A stretch of DNA of 51,818 nucleotides, counting the filler, from Circinaria calcarea (Eukaryota): assembly GCA_051942165.1 (NCBI GenBank). It is 2 parts of 2 records of this genome, joined end to end, with 100 filler letters (N's around TTAATTAATTAA, not from the genome) between each part and the next. Parts side by side here need not be neighbours in the genome. Positions count along the whole stretch, not along the records: positions 1 to 25,896 come from JAVECS010000088.1; 1 more part is not named here. The stretch is one strand, 5' to 3'. Positions 1-13,808 of the stretch are shown piece by piece. How positions within the stretch are numbered: the first letter of the stretch is position 1; every line of letters starts with the position of its first letter. The notes under the pieces are model-generated. The model was not told the DNA's origin. It made no database searches and was given only the letters and a program-made list of their open reading frames with translations. The position numbers and the translations under genes were made by a program.

Positions 1-1981
1 ACCCCCAGCCTCCCCATCCCATTGTTCCTCTCCCTCTCCCTCTCCCTCTCCTCCAGCACAACCCCAGCGCACCTCTCCCCGATCAAATACGCATTCACCT
101 GCGTGTGATTCGTCGTCAGCAGCGGACAGACGCTCAGATCCGCCACGCGCAACCCGCGCACGCCCACGACCCGAAAATCCCTTCCTACGACCTTGTTCGC
201 CTCCTCCTCTCTCCCCATCACACAGCTGCTCATGCAATGGAAGCCCATGGTCAGGTTTTCCCGGACAAAAGCCGTGAGCGTGGCTTCGTCGTCCGGGGAG
301 GCAAGTTGGGCGGGGTCGGAGGGGGAATGGGGAGCGTGGAGGATGGAAGTGATGATGGAGGAAAAGGCGCGGGTATCGGTGAGGCGGAGGACGTGCTTGA
401 GGGTTTCGATGGCGACGCGGAGGTCGTATCGGGAGGTGAGGTAGCGGGGGTCGATGACGGGGAGGGCGCGCGGGTCTTTGCTGGCGAGGCTGATAGTGCC
501 GCGCGAGAGGTTGTTCTGGCAGAGCATTTCCAGGACCAGCACCGAGGCGTTGGGGGCCAAGGGGCCCAGGTAGAATTGGGGCCCGGAGTGCATCCAGATT
601 TCGGTGCTGGGTCGATTCTCGTGCTGAAGGAAGCGCTGGGTGTGCTCGGGGAGGGTTGAGAATTCCTGAGAGGCGAAGAGGGCAGGCAGACGGGCGAAGA
701 TGATGGAGGCGCTGGCGCCGAACATAGCCAGGGGTCCTGTATGAGAGATGCGGTATTCCTCGTGGGCGGCTTGCAGGGCGACGGGGTCTTTAAGGAGTTG
801 GTTGTGGCCGGCGATGGAGGGGTCGATTGTGAATTCGCAGGAAGCGGCTGTGTGGTCGCGGAGGTTTTGGCCGACGGCAGGGAGGTGGTGGACGAGAGGA
901 ATGTCGAGGGCAGCGAGCTGGTCGGCAGGGCCGATACCCGAGAGGAGCAGGATGTGTGGAGTCTCGAAGGTTCCGGCTGAGAGGATAACTTCTTTCCTGG
1001 CACGAACAACCCTTGGGACGTCGGATTCTCCCTTTTTAGACGGGAGAAGCTCAACGCCTATTGCCTTCTTGCCTTCGAATAGCACCTTGGCGCATATGGT
1101 TCTCGTGACAATCGAGAGATTCTTAATTTTTGAGCGGGACCGAGAATCAAGATATGCGGTGGCACTCGTTGTGCGAACACCGTTGTCGACGTTGAATTGG
1201 GCAACTGATATACCTTCAGGGTCGCCATCGTTGTGGTCGGTATTGATTGGGTTGCCAGCTTCTTCGCCCGCAAGGAGACAGTGCTTTACGATTGGCTGCC
1301 ACGATTGACCATAGCCAACGCCAAATACCCTGCACATAGTGATCAGACGGCTCCTGACTGGTTAAACAATCTCGGGAGTTCTTACCCGCCTTGACCGTGT
1401 GCTCCGGGAGTTGGTTTGGCATATTTTTCCATTCCCGGTGGACACTGGGGCTTGAAGTCTTCCATCTATGTCTTTAATGAACCACTAGTCTGGCACGCGT
1501 TTGCAACCTACGCACCTTGTTCATCACCGGCAACACACTATCCCATCTCCACCAAGGATCCCCCACGATCTCAGCCCATTCATCAAAGTCAGCCTTTGGG
1601 CCACGAACCCAGGCCAGGAAGTTATTTGCACTAACAAAAGGTCAGAGCCGATATTCATATACCTGATGTCAGGGGGCCATACGAGCAACCTCCCATGCCT
1701 AGCCCGCGAGGATAGGGGATTATTCTCCCATTAAGCTCTTTCTGCGGAACGGTAGAGTACAGCCAGTTGCCACTCTCGCTGCCAAATTTCGCTTTCGTCA
1801 ACCCTGGGATGAGGTTATCTAGGTCGTCCTCAATGTCTCCGCCGGCTTCAACGAGTAGGACTCCATTCTCTAGAGTCGCGTCTCCAGCCAGTCGGCTTGC
1901 CAGCAAACAGCCAGAGGTACCACCGCCGATTATGACATAGTCAAACTGTTTGTCTTGTACTTTCTCGAGTGTAGTCCGCAT
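1..1981 (-). CDS. GMC oxidoreductase (glucose-methanol-choline family), no signal peptide; 3 introns; 3' end runs off the window
   Basis: ATG at 1981: MRTTLEKVQDKQFDYVIIGGGTSGCLLASRL (Rossmann GxGxxG), LLVEAGG. After removing intron 1631-1682 the frame reads PRGLGMGGCSANNFLAWVRG. My own translation of the last exon (absent from the ORF track because it has no stop in the window) gives KEVILSAGTFETPHILLLSGIGP, VGQNLRDH, GFHCMSSCVMG, FRVVGVRGLRVADLSVCP and TNHTQVNAYLIGE, all GMC motifs. Confidence 0.93.
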
Positions 1982-3265
1982 TATGAACTGTATTATGATA
2001 TTGGAATGAAAATATGACCTCGCAAGTCATCAAGGCTTTATCAATCGATGCAAAAAGAGTAAAGCTCGATGATTCAGTCTTTACCGGTTCTAGATACCAA
2101 TATTATATCTCGAGAGCAGTATGAAATTTCAACGCTACGTAAATAGATCTGGATTAGATATCAGTCCCCATGCAGATCATGAGAAAGATGCTATATCGAC
2201 GAGGGCTCTTTCGAGACGGGTGAGTAGAAGTTGCTGCCGAAAATAAAAGTACGGTACTGGAAGGCCCCTCACATAGGAATCATAGCTCGTTGAATAATAG
2301 TATAAGACCTTCAAATATGTAGAAGTCCTATATTTAAAAAACTGAATCTGTAGGTAGTGGGGAATGGAGTACCCCTGATTGTCCCTCGTTTCTGAGTTTC
2401 ATCCAATCACTTTTAGTAAGCCTGCACCCCAAAACTGGCTGCATAAGTGACCAATGAGAGAATACGGATGCATCCGCAGATGTCAACTGGGATAAATAAG
2501 CCATGATTTGGATCAGATTGAATTCCCCTCGTCGGAATAACGAGCCATAAACATGACCTCGTAACTAATAAATATTGACGGGCCGCCTGGTATTTAGGAT
2601 AGTTGTGATTCTTTATGCCACCCACCTTTAGCATCCGAAACCAATACAAGCCGAGTTCTGAAACTATTGACAAATCTTTAGTCCAGATAGCACCTGAAAC
2701 AACATTTACAAGATGATATGACATTTCAAGTCGGCTGAAGGATAAAGGAAAGAGAAATGCAAAACTGCCCCTAACAAGTTTATTTTGAGATTCTGACAAG
2801 TACGCGCATGGTTTATTTTAAAGTACAGAGTATACTAAAAGCGTCATTGTTGGCTCTACCCGGAAAATAGGATAATCTCCCGGACCGTAGGACCAGCTTT
2901 ACCTCAGACTCAGCGCGAAGGGAGTTTGTTTGTTGGAGAAAATAGACCTTTCATCCGCCATATTCACGGTCGCTCGAACTATAAGACCCGATCGGTCCTG
3001 TGAGTGCAGTGTCTCGTCGTTGGGGGCAAACACCACGCTTTCCATCCGACTATTCGCTCTCCGGAGGCCTCAATATCGTCGGAGCCTCAAAAGGGCGACA
3101 GCGATTTGAGCCGACGATCAATGTCAATATACGTGGGCCATACGATTGAACCTGCTGGGTGATAGGTCACCGAGGATCTCGCCAAGTGCGGTATCTACTT
3201 GCGTGGGAAGTGGTACTTCGTTCCACACCTAGTCTGGACGTTTGCTCCTACAGCGGGTCTCCGAT

Positions 3266-6085
3266 ATGCCATCGTTCTTATCGGACCTCTGCAGCGAACC
3301 TGTTACTTTGACCGCCAGCGAAACCTCAATCTACGAACCACCGCATCAGTCCTCCCACGAGAAACCTGCATCCCGCTCCGCAAGCACTACCGAGACTGGG
3401 ATATGGCATTTTACTAACGGCAACATTGTCGAGCCTCCCACAACAAACAAGCACGTCAACGGCATATTAGCGGATGGGAATAATATCGCCAATAATAGTC
3501 TCCAGTCATTGCCGAATGGAAGATCGAGCGAAAGTACTCACGGTCCCGATCGACCGAATTCGAGAAACGAAAGCAGCTATTCCACAGTAAGCGGACTGGC
3601 GGGTAGTTTAGAAAACGGCCGAAAGAGCCCTGGCCCGGTCAACGGCGTCTTAAGACATGGCGGAGTTGAGCAGTCTCAGGACTTGGCTCGAACAAATAGA
3701 GGTGGATCGCCTCTCCAAAGACTTAGGACGCCGGACAGTATTGCAACAGCGATTGCCGATCGGTCCACACGCTCGAGACCGCATGCTTTATCTGAACCAC
3801 AAAGCCGTCGCAATCGTTCAGCGTCTGCGAGTAATCCGCAGAGTCCCTTTGTGAGCCCAAACACAAGTCTCGAGCTTTCAAGTAGCGAGATTGCGACGCA
3901 ACTTTCAAATAGATACTCTACGCCTCCAATTAAGCCGACATCGTCCCTAGCCCCTAGCAGCTCGTCAACGATTCTGCCACATCCTGGGGTGACCCGTCTT
4001 CAGCACCGTCATACCTTACAAGTTCCAAAGGCGACCACAACTCGGGTATCTCGAGAATTCTCATGGCCTGTTGAAAATGCGTCAGAAGATGCGATCACTG
4101 CGACCCTATCCCCAACTGCTGGCGCAGGCAGAAGAGGCTCTTTGAGCTTAGTTCGGAGGACGACTCGGTCCATTCATTCAGATATGTATCTTGAGGAAAT
4201 TCCCCAAGATGGAGAGGCGGCAAGATGGACTGAGACTATAAGACAGAAAAGGGCGAGCAGAAAGAAGAAAAAGGAGGAAGACGAGGATGACAGGGTTGTT
4301 GTAGGGACAAAGGTTGATATGAATCACGTCAACTGGGTGACAGCGTATAACATGCTCACCGGTATCCGCTTTACGGTCTCGCGTACCAACGCAAAAATGG
4401 ACCGAGAATTAACGGAACAAGATTTTGATGTGCGACATAAGTTTTCTTTCGACATCACAGGAAATGAGTTGACACCATCTGCAAAATACGACTTCAAATT
4501 CAAGGATTACGCGCCATGGGTTTTCCGTCACCTACGAACAAAGTTTGGTTTGGACCCGGCAGATTATTTGATCTCACTAACGAGTAAATACATCCTCTCC
4601 GAACTGGGCTCTCCTGGAAAAAGTGGAAGCTTTTTTTACTTTTCTCGGGATTACAAGTACATAATCAAGACTATTCATCATGCTGAGCATAAACTACTCA
4701 GAAGGATTCTGCGCGATTACTATGCTCATATTGAGCAGAATCCAAACACCCTGATATCTCAGTTTTACGGGCTTCACCGCGTTAAGATACCCTATGGTCG
4801 GAAAATTCACTTTGTCGTCATGAACAATCTATTCCCCCCCCACCGCGACATACATCAGACCTTTGATTTGAAAGGCTCTACTATAGGGCGGAATTTCAGG
4901 GAGGATGATCTGGAGAAAAACCCTAGAGCCACGCTCAAGGACCTGAACTGGTTACGACGCAACTACCACCTTGAGTTTGGACCCGAGAAGAAAAGGCTTT
5001 TTATTGACCAGGTAATACGAGATGTTAGGCTCTTGCAGAAACTGAAGATTATGGATTATTCGTTGTTGGTTGGGATTCATGATCTTCGGAAGGGTAACGA
5101 GGAGAACCTACGGGACAAGACCTTGCAAGTCTTCCAACCAGGAGTACAGGCCAATGAGGAACCCCAGCCTAATATGCTGACGCGGACACCATCGAAATTG
5201 GAGAACGCTCGTAAAGCAAGGGAGTTACGGAATATCATCAAGCGGGAGAAGCCGGTTCCAATGGAGCAAAGCTCAAACAAGATGCCGGAGGAGATACAGG
5301 AAGAGCGCAGAAACCTTTTGTTCTACAGTGACGACGGTGGTTTCAGGGCGACCCATGAGGACGGCCGGCCAGGCGATGAGATATACTATCTTGGGATTAT
5401 TGACTGTCTGACCCATGTAAGCCATTTGAGACCGTTAGCACAGGGAGAAGCTAATGTTATTTAGTACGGGATTGTTAAGAAGGCCGAGCATCTCTGGAAA
5501 GGAATGTCGCATGACAAAAGTCAGATTTCGCCGATAGCGCCGCAAGCCTATGGTGACCGTTTCGTAAAGTTCATTACTGGCATAACGATGCCAAGCGAGC
5601 AGGTTGAACAGCAAAGTCATGATCAGCTTGACGGATCCATTCACACTAACCGACCATCAAGCCATTACCTCTCGCGATCTTCTACAGATAGAGTTATGGA
5701 GAAGGCGGAGAAGCAGGCTCTAAAGACAGCAGATCAAAGTGGATCGGACGGCGAACCACATGACCGTACGATGGGCGCAATACAACGCCCTTCCACGGAC
5801 ATACTGAACGGGATGGGGGGGCCAACATTACCAATTGTGCAGGAGGATGGCGAAGCCAGTAGCACCGGTGGGCGTAGCGCGCAAAGTCGAGAAAGAGAAA
5901 ACGGCGCCTCATCCCCAAGGCCACAAACACCAAACGGACTGCTTCTTGAACCACCTCCACTGGGAGGGAATCCTCCGCCAACTCCCCCGAAAGACATTGT
6001 AATGCGTGAGAAGCAACTTCCGTCCCTTCCTCAGGCGTCATCACTTACCAATTCGTTTCCTATTCTCAGTCCAAACAGTGGCTGA
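3266..6085 (+). CDS. MSS4: Phosphatidylinositol-4-phosphate 5-kinase (Mss4/Its3 ortholog); intron 5417-5464
   Basis: PIP5K motifs FKFKDYAPWVF, SPGKSGSFFYFSRDYKYIIKT, FDLKGST, IMDYSLLVG and YYLGIIDCLTH|YG. A GTAAGC...TAG intron joins in frame to the 5504-6085 ORF. Long low-complexity N-terminus. Confidence 0.95.
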
Positions 6086-6762
6086 TCCACTCATTATATG
6101 CTGCTTTGGTGCCTTTTTGGATCCGATGATACCCATGGACTTTACAGGTGAAGCGACAGATGGCGTTTTTATACTGATAGGTATTCTTTTGGTTTACTTC
6201 CCACAACTCGCGGATGAATACGGGCGGTTCTCTATTTTGCAAAGCTTTGCCTGGCTTGAGAGTTGGGGTGAACAAGGGCAACCTGCTTTTTGTAAATACT
6301 TTTGCGTCGCTCGCACATTCTCGTTACAGACACAACTTTCCATTCCCTAGTTCAATATAAGTTGCATCAGGTTTCTGATATTCCCCTGTAATACAAGCTG
6401 TCGAATGTTCCTTTGATGATTTGACTGATAGGAGCCCACACGCCAGCCGGAAACCAGGCCTGCTGTTTTGCCATGGAAAACGATGATTCTTATCCGGAAC
6501 TAACCTACGACGCTCAAGTATGCAACGTGGAACAAATAACGAAAAAATAATTATCGACTGGCGATTTCTGTCATGGCCATGAATTTAGAATGATGACTAG
6601 TGGTCTATCTTTGGAGTTCGGCTAAATCCCTGATTGGATTTCGGACAAACTATTCCGAACTCCGCAGCTTTATCTTCAAGTCGCGTCTCGCGTCCTACAA
6701 ATAATCTGAACGCCCATCAACACTATCACTAACCCACATTAATTCACACCACCAAAGCGATC

Positions 6763-8060
6763 ATGCCGTATGGCATCTCAAACTCATTCAAACGGTAGAA
6801 CCTATACTTGCGCCAGATCTGCGGATGCTAATGTATTTCTCAAGGGGGATTACCAAAACCTATTCTCGTCAATCCCGGCGTATCCTCGCAGATGATAATA
6901 GCAACAACAATACTGATTTTGGTCGCAAGCGAGTACGAATGGACGATTCCGGCAACGTAATCACCGCAATTCTCCCTGTTGAATCAGTTGAGATCGCACC
7001 TTCATCCACGGCACCCTCTTCTCCTGCACCATACGACAACGCGCTTCTCTCGTCCGATCCTGTCCGCAACAGTTCACCGTCACCACCTTCTTCCCCACCT
7101 CCTAGTCTTCTTTCTCCAGTTTTCAAGTTCCATAAACCTACATCCACGTTCCTCAAACGAAAACGCTCTGCGCTACCGGAGCATGAAGGGCAAGCATCGC
7201 AGGCACTCACGGAAGCCTCTGATAATAAGATGAACACGGTACGGATTGCGAAGAAAGCGCGTCATTTGACGCAGATGCAGATCGACCTAGGCGGGGAAAC
7301 GCGAAAAGCTTGCAAAGGATGTGGCATGGATTACATACCCTCAAACAAGGAGGATGTGGATATGCATAAAGGATTTCACTCAATGAACGTTCAAGGCATA
7401 GACATGGGGAAGACATTTCTCAAAGATGCAAAAGTCCTAGAGACGGTGGAAGGAGGCGGCATCTTGACAGTCATTGATGGAAGGAGTTCACTAGCGACAA
7501 AAAACAGGGCAAAATTAATTCTGGAGGTTGTGAACAAAGAACTGGGTGCGGTGGAAATTGAACAGTCGACGTTATGGGGAAGCCTCGCGATTCCCACTAC
7601 AAAGAAAACCCAGACTCGGCTGATGAAGACGCGTCAAAATTCTGGTACCACTGAAAGAAAAGAGGACCGATTCAAGTTCTTCTTATACATGACCGGCGAC
7701 AAGTGTGTGGGCCTGTGTTTGGCGGAACGAATCCACAATGCTTCGAAAGTAGTATCACCACAACCTCCTGCACTATCTGACCAGAGACAAGTGATCTCAA
7801 CCAAAAGTTCGTCGATCTCAACTGCTGCCACAAGTGACCCGGCTTTGCTCGGTATTTCCCGGATATGGACATCGAAGTCGCATCGAAGGAAGGGCATTGC
7901 CTCTTTGCTCCTCGATTGCACCAGAAGCAATTTCTTCTATGGAATCGAAGTACCAAAGGAGATGGTCGCATTCAGTCAACCTAGTGAAAGCGGCGGCCTG
8001 TTGGGGGAAGCATGGTTTGGGGATGCGGCGGGATGGCATGTCTATGCAGAGGGACAGTGA
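6763..8060 (+). CDS. ECO1: Sister chromatid cohesion N-acetyltransferase Eco1/Ctf7; intron 6795-6844
   Basis: PIP-box-like QMQIDLG, C2H2 finger CKGCGMDY...HKGFH, GNAT motifs GISRIWTSKSHRRKGIA and VAFSQPSESG. A short exon 1 (MPYGISNSFKR) joins through GTAGAA...GCTAAT...AAG. Confidence 0.93.
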
Positions 8061-8575
8061 GGTGTGATCGCCTTCAGAGTGGGACAAGCTCGCAAGGACT
8101 GTTAATAGCTACAATGGTAATTGCTATTAGCTTAGAATCACTGTGTACCTAGAGTATATTGCTTGCAATGGATAGTCAAGCTATCAGAATAGACGATCCA
8201 TCCAAAGTTATTATGTCTGCGTGGTGAACATCGTCGTGTATAGAAAAGTAGCTCGAGATTGTTGCCTTCAGTCATAATGGATCTAGTCTCTGCCAAAGAG
8301 ACTGTCTAAACATCACTTGAGGTACCTATGCTAATTCCTGCTGCGGCCGATTATGAAAAGAAGGATTATGAACGCCAAGGGTAGCACGGGTCCCTGCAAA
8401 AGGAAAGCTCCGAAGTTCCGCGAGGACGTGTCGATAATGTGGGATGCGGGATGCGGTGTAATAGCTCAACGGCGCGATCTTTATGCTTACCATCATTGAG
8501 TTTGCCAGATAGTCACCATCAGTCTCTTGACCTTGTTCATTGCCCTCATGACGAGTATAACATGTCATACCCCTC

Positions 8576-10394
8576 ATGGCTGGCTCCAACCCTTTCCGCC
8601 GTAAGCAACCCGCTCAAGCCGGTAGCGAACTCCCAAACACCAGCGACAATGAGATAGCTAGGGCTGTAGACCGCTTCCCTTCCTTAGATACAGGCGAGCC
8701 TCACATAAGCCCAATGTAGCCCTTTCGGAAACCCAGGAACTAACGCGAAAACAGAACTCGCTCAACAGCCGCAGAAGGCAACGAGAAAGACAGTTCGAAT
8801 CGTATCACCCCACTCATCCACATCAGACTCCGACGATAATGGCCATCACAGCCCAAGCGCATATTTTGATTACAGAATCAAGCCCAAGAAAGAGTATCCG
8901 CCACCTGGAACTACCCCTTCATCTCAACCATTTGCAAGTTCACCGCCAGTCGATCCATTTAATGAAGAACAGGGGATTGATGAAACATCAGAAGGAGCAG
9001 GCTCACACATGAGCCATGCAGAGATCATGGTTACCAAAGGGTTAGTCGCCGGAGGTGTTTTGAGTCAATCGTCAAGACGGACCTCGACCATGCCATCGAA
9101 CCCATTCTCCAGGGCTTCCCAGCTTGTCGAGCAGACTCCACGGACAAGCGCCACAAACGAGCAGTCAGTGCGAGGTCCAATCGCTTCCATGACATCGTCT
9201 ACGTCAGTTAATAGAGTACCCTTAGATGTGGATGCGTTCAAGAGGTTACTCTTGACTGGTGATAAAGACTCTACTACGAATAGTGCACCCCCAACACCCT
9301 CTACTCATGGCTTTCCACTACACGGGAATCAGCATGGCGATAGTAGTAGTAACACCGATTCTTCGTCCTTGTCAAGACAATCCATCTTAGGTTCGCAAAC
9401 AGATCTTCACCTTGAGACGCCTCGAACTTCTCATGAAATATCTCCATCAGATGAGGACCACCAATACCAGTTTCAATCGAGGTCTCCTAAATCTGATAGA
9501 TTTTTACCGCCCATTCCCCGTAGTCGCAACGGGAATGTTCTCAAAGGTACCCTACCGCAAATGGTGGCCTTTGCAGAACCAGCCTCATACACGAACCAGT
9601 ATGAATTTGCGCCTCCGACATCTCCGATGCCAAAATCCCTTCGCTCGCCTACTGATTTAAACAAACCCCTACCTCCGCCTCCAACGTCCCATTCACCAGA
9701 CTCCCCCGCAGATACTCCTGGTGCAATTAACCAAAACCCTGCAGAAACCTTGTCTGAACCACCCAATGTTTCAGCACCCCGAGTCAGAGTCGCGCCACCT
9801 CCGCCTTTATCTCGGCGACTCAGCCAGCTCCGCTCCCAATACCCTTCAAACAATCCAGGAACCTCTACCTCTATAACCGAGGAAAGTGTTACCGAACTAG
9901 TTCCACCAGCTGTCACTGCCAAACCTCCAGCTCCTCTGCCACCCCGGCGAAGAGGTGCGGATCGCTCTCAGAGCTTATTGGAAACCCGCCTGCCTTCTGA
10001 GCTAGAAGCCGATATTGGCAAGTCGTCGATTAAGTCTCAGTCATCAAGACCACCGCCGCCTCCAAGACGTACTCCGTCCTCATCATCAGCTAGGCTACCA
10101 CGTCGGATCTCGCCTAACATGTCTAACCCGTCGCCTCTGCCGCCACCTCCTCCACCGAGGAGAAGAGGGTCTAGTGGAAGTAGCTTTAGCAGTCGTCGGG
10201 TTAGTGGCGAGGTCAACCACGCTGATGTGGAAGGCCATTATCATGCATCAACATCCGCCCATTCGAGTATCACCCCTGATATAATCGAAACTAAGAATGA
10301 GAAGGATGTTCTAGCTGATCTTACTGCGCTACAGAGGGAAGTCGATGCTTTGCGAGGCAAATACGAAAGGCGGGACTCTACAGACAAGACATGA
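8576..10394 (+). CDS. Proline/serine-rich hypothetical protein with NPF motifs and a C-terminal coiled-coil helix; GC-AG intron 8694-8754
   Basis: Exon 1 MAGSNPFRRKQ...SLDT joins in phase through AG|GCGAGC...ACTAAC...CAG| to the long frame that contains the 9009-10394 ORF. Motifs SNPFRR, SNPFSR, LDVDAFKRLLLTG, many PPPPxRR, and C-terminal DVLADLTALQREVDALRGKY. Confidence 0.75.
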
Positions 10395-10892
10395 CATGGA
10401 CAATCGAGACCGAGTGAGGAGCCTTACATATGAAAGCCATGGCAGCGGCGGAGTCACGGCGAACTTAGGGATACGTTTCTTACAGCAGCAAGGAATAGTC
10501 GAGCGCAGTGAAGCCGGAGAATCGGTGTTTGGTAACAAGGGAGCGAAGAGCGGGATTACTATTTCTGGCACACGCAGGCATACCTTACCCACTTCCATTT
10601 TGGTGATTGGGAGCTTAGACTACAGAGCCTTGAATGTAATCATGATACTCTAAAGTATATCCATTTTCTCACAAGCGATACCGTACAGCTTCAAGTAATT
10701 CTAGCGCTCGATGTTTTTACCACCTCCTCCCTTCGAACCAAGATACTCGGGATAGGAAGGGTGAGCCAAAGCCCCTAGTTTTCCCGTGTCAAATACATGT
10801 AGACGGTGATATCTTTGGAGATTCTCTAGGTCGAGGCTTTAGGGATTCAATGGGCTCTTGATTTTTATCTAGATTCTTTGGCTGGGTACAGA

Positions 10893-10998
10893 GGGGTGGA
10901 GGCCGGAGGGGCGGAAGGGAGGAAGGGAGGAAAGGAGGAAAGGAGGAAAGGAGGGGACGAAACGGCCTGAGGGGGAAAGAGGAGAAGAGTGGGCGGGA
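10893..10998. repeat. Polypurine low-complexity tract (GGAGGAAA-like repeats)
   Basis: GGAAGGGAGGAAGGGAGGAAAGGAGGAAAGGAGGAAAGGAGGGG in intergenic DNA. Confidence 0.7.
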
Positions 10999-11373
10999 GA
11001 TGTGCTGATGGTTGCGGACGATATACTTGTTTGATGGGGCACCTTGTGCATTTGCGGATTTCTATCATAACTTCACCGGTGTAATAGTCTTTGGTTGTCA
11101 GGCGTGCTGTTTTGTCATGATTTGACTAGTATAGGGCTGGTGTGGGGTATTTACCCCAACACACCTACGGTAATTTTTACATCCCCATCCTTGGCATTAT
11201 GGTCACGCCAGCATTAATAAAAGGATACCATGCAACCTAACAGCTTTCAGAATTTTCTTTAAGTGGCAGTCTTCGGAATGGTACGTTCCTGCGCATTTTG
11301 TAGGCTAAAGCGAAAATGCCACTTATATTATGTCACCCAGCCGATCCCCCCGGTGGTTTAACTAAAAGGATCT

Positions 11374-11418
11374 CGATAGGCTGCCGCCACCCTACCCACT
11401 ATCTGCTATCAGCGATAA
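11374..11418. promoter_or_regulatory. Cluster of HGATAR sites (putative AreA/Nit2 GATA-factor sites) upstream of the amine oxidase
   Basis: CGATAG (11374), CTATCT (11399), CTATCA (11406) and CGATAA (11413) within about 45 bp, roughly 150 bp before the ATG. Confidence 0.5.
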
Positions 11419-11563
11419 AAGAGGGGAAACTTTTGGCATTAGCATATTAGCGTTCAACGACCCCAGTTATATTAACTGTCAATTCCTCCCAAAATTGGTC
11501 TCTCCAGTTTTGTGTAACTTCAGACTCTCAAGAGATCCGAGTGAACAGAAGAGAATATTCCCC

Positions 11564-13808
11564 ATGTCTACCGAACAGGTCGAGTCCACGCCCTCGGTTG
11601 GCGTGGCTAAGCAGGTTCCCAACCATCCTCTTTCACCATTGACAGCATCGGAGATTACCACCAGTGCAGAGCTCATCCGAGGGTTATATCCCTCCCAAAC
11701 CAACCTGCAGTTCAAGGCTGTCACCCTTGAAGAGCCAGAGAAAGCCCAATTGATCCCCTTTCTCGAGGCTGAACATCGTGGTGGACGTTCTCCAAGCATA
11801 GATAGAAAAGCCTTTGTCAATTATTACATTCGGAATACCGTATGTATTCAGCGGTTCGACATATATCAACTCCTGCTAGACCTGATTTGATATTGGACAG
11901 GATAAATTCCATGAGGCGATAGTCAATTTGACCCAGCACCGAATTGAGAGCCATTTCCGACTTGGTCCAAATATACATAGTCCTGGAGACGCGGAAGAAA
12001 TCGTTTTGATTGAGAAGATAGCACTAGCAGATGATGGTGTTAGGGCAGAGATTGCAAAACTTCAGCTGCCGGAAGGCACCGTGATCATAAGTGATCCATG
12101 GATCTATGGTATGGAGTCGTTTTCGCTTGGTCAATTCTCAGTGGCTGATTCGGAAAAGGTTCCGATGGGATTAATGATGACCAAAAGCTATGGCAATGCT
12201 TCTTATACATGAGAGATCCATTGAACCCTAGCGATGCCGACTCTAACCATTACGCCCTACCTCTTGCCATCTCACCAGTAATAGACACGGTGGAATACAA
12301 AGTCATCCGTATTGACTTCCTCCCTACTGGCGCCGACCATACTATCAAAGAAACACAACCCTATAAGATACAACCGCCAAACGAGTATACTCCAGAGCAT
12401 CAAAAACTGCGGACCGACCTGAAACCATTGAATGTGGTACAGCCCGAGGGTGCAAGCTTCAAAGTAACCCAGGCTGGAGAGACCGGAGAGATTATCGAAT
12501 GGCAAAAGTGGTCATTTAGGGTCGGATTCAATCAGCGTGAAGGCATGGTACTTTACGATGTAAGTAGGTTAGAGACGGCAATTATGCAGGAACTAAGTGA
12601 AACAGGTGCGGTATGGCAGCCGAAACTTGTTTTACAGGCTATCGTTGTCTGACATGAACATCCCTTATGCGGATCCTCGACATCCATTCCACAAGAAAGC
12701 CGCGTTCGATCTCGGTGATGCCGGCGCAGGTATTATGGCCAACAATCTGAAGTTGGGATGTGACTGCCTTGGATCCATTCATTATCTGAGCGCCGTTTTG
12801 TCCAATGACAAAGGGGAGGCAACGCCCATGGAGAACGTTATATGCGTGCATGAGCAAGATGCTGGTATTGGATGGAAGCACACTAACTACAGGACAGGGA
12901 GGGCCGTGGTGGTACGAAATCGAGAACTTGTCGTCCAATCCATCATCACGGTCTCCAATTACGAATACATCCTCGCATTCATCTTCAACCAGGCAGGCGA
13001 AGTGAATTATGAAGTTCGAGCAACAGGGATCCTTAGCACGCAACCAATTGACGACGGCATTTCAGTGCCTTGGGGAACAGTCGTACATCCAGGGGTCCTG
13101 GCTTCACACCATCAGCACATTTTCTCACTCCGGGTGGATCCGATGATAGACGGCCACAACAATCGCCTTGTTTATGAAGAAGCGCACGCTATGCCCCGCT
13201 CCGATTTCAACCCGCATGGAGTCGGCTACACAGTAGAGGAGACCGTTGTGGAAAAGTCTTGCGGCCTTGACATTGACTACGAAGCCAACAGGACATTTAA
13301 AATCCAAAACGTCGCGGTCAAGAACCCTGTCAACGGCAAGCCTGTGGCGTACAAGATCCACGTACCACCATTTCAAAAGATGTTGGCGCATCCTGACAGC
13401 TTCCATCATAAAAGGGCGGAATTTGCAGACCACAATCTATACGTGACCAAGTATCGTGACGCGGAGCTGTACGCCGGTGGCAAATATACCAATCAATCGA
13501 GAGGGGGCGCTGGCGTCCGAGCCTGGGCAAACCGGCGGGAAAACGTCAAGGATACCGATCTTGTGGTATATATCCAGTTCGGGCTCCAGCATGCGACCCG
13601 CATAGAGGATTTCCCCGTCATGCCGGTCGAGATCATCAAGGTGGCGCTGAAGCCAGCCAACTTCTTCGACAAGAACCCAGCCATAGACGTCCCGCCGTCG
13701 GATCAGGAATTCAATCGGTCTACTCTTGTTTCGGAACAGCATCATCAGCCAGCGGCAGAAGCCGTCGTGGGTCAGAAAGGGGAAGTGTGTTGTTCCAGCA
13801 AACTATAG
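11564..13808 (+). CDS. Copper-containing (TPQ) amine oxidase, peroxisomal (PTS1); introns 11840-11900, 12109-12158, 12560-12605
   Basis: HPLSPLTASEI N-terminus, AFDLGD (catalytic Asp), LGCDCLG, topaquinone consensus TVSNYEY, Cu ligands HQH and GLQH, EDFPVMP, C-terminal SKL. Confidence 0.95.

Noticed and set aside
105..1308. Several long ORFs (105-659 +, 251-1054 -, 748-1308 +)
   Set aside because: They are antisense or off-frame shadows of the GC-rich last exon of the GMC oxidoreductase.
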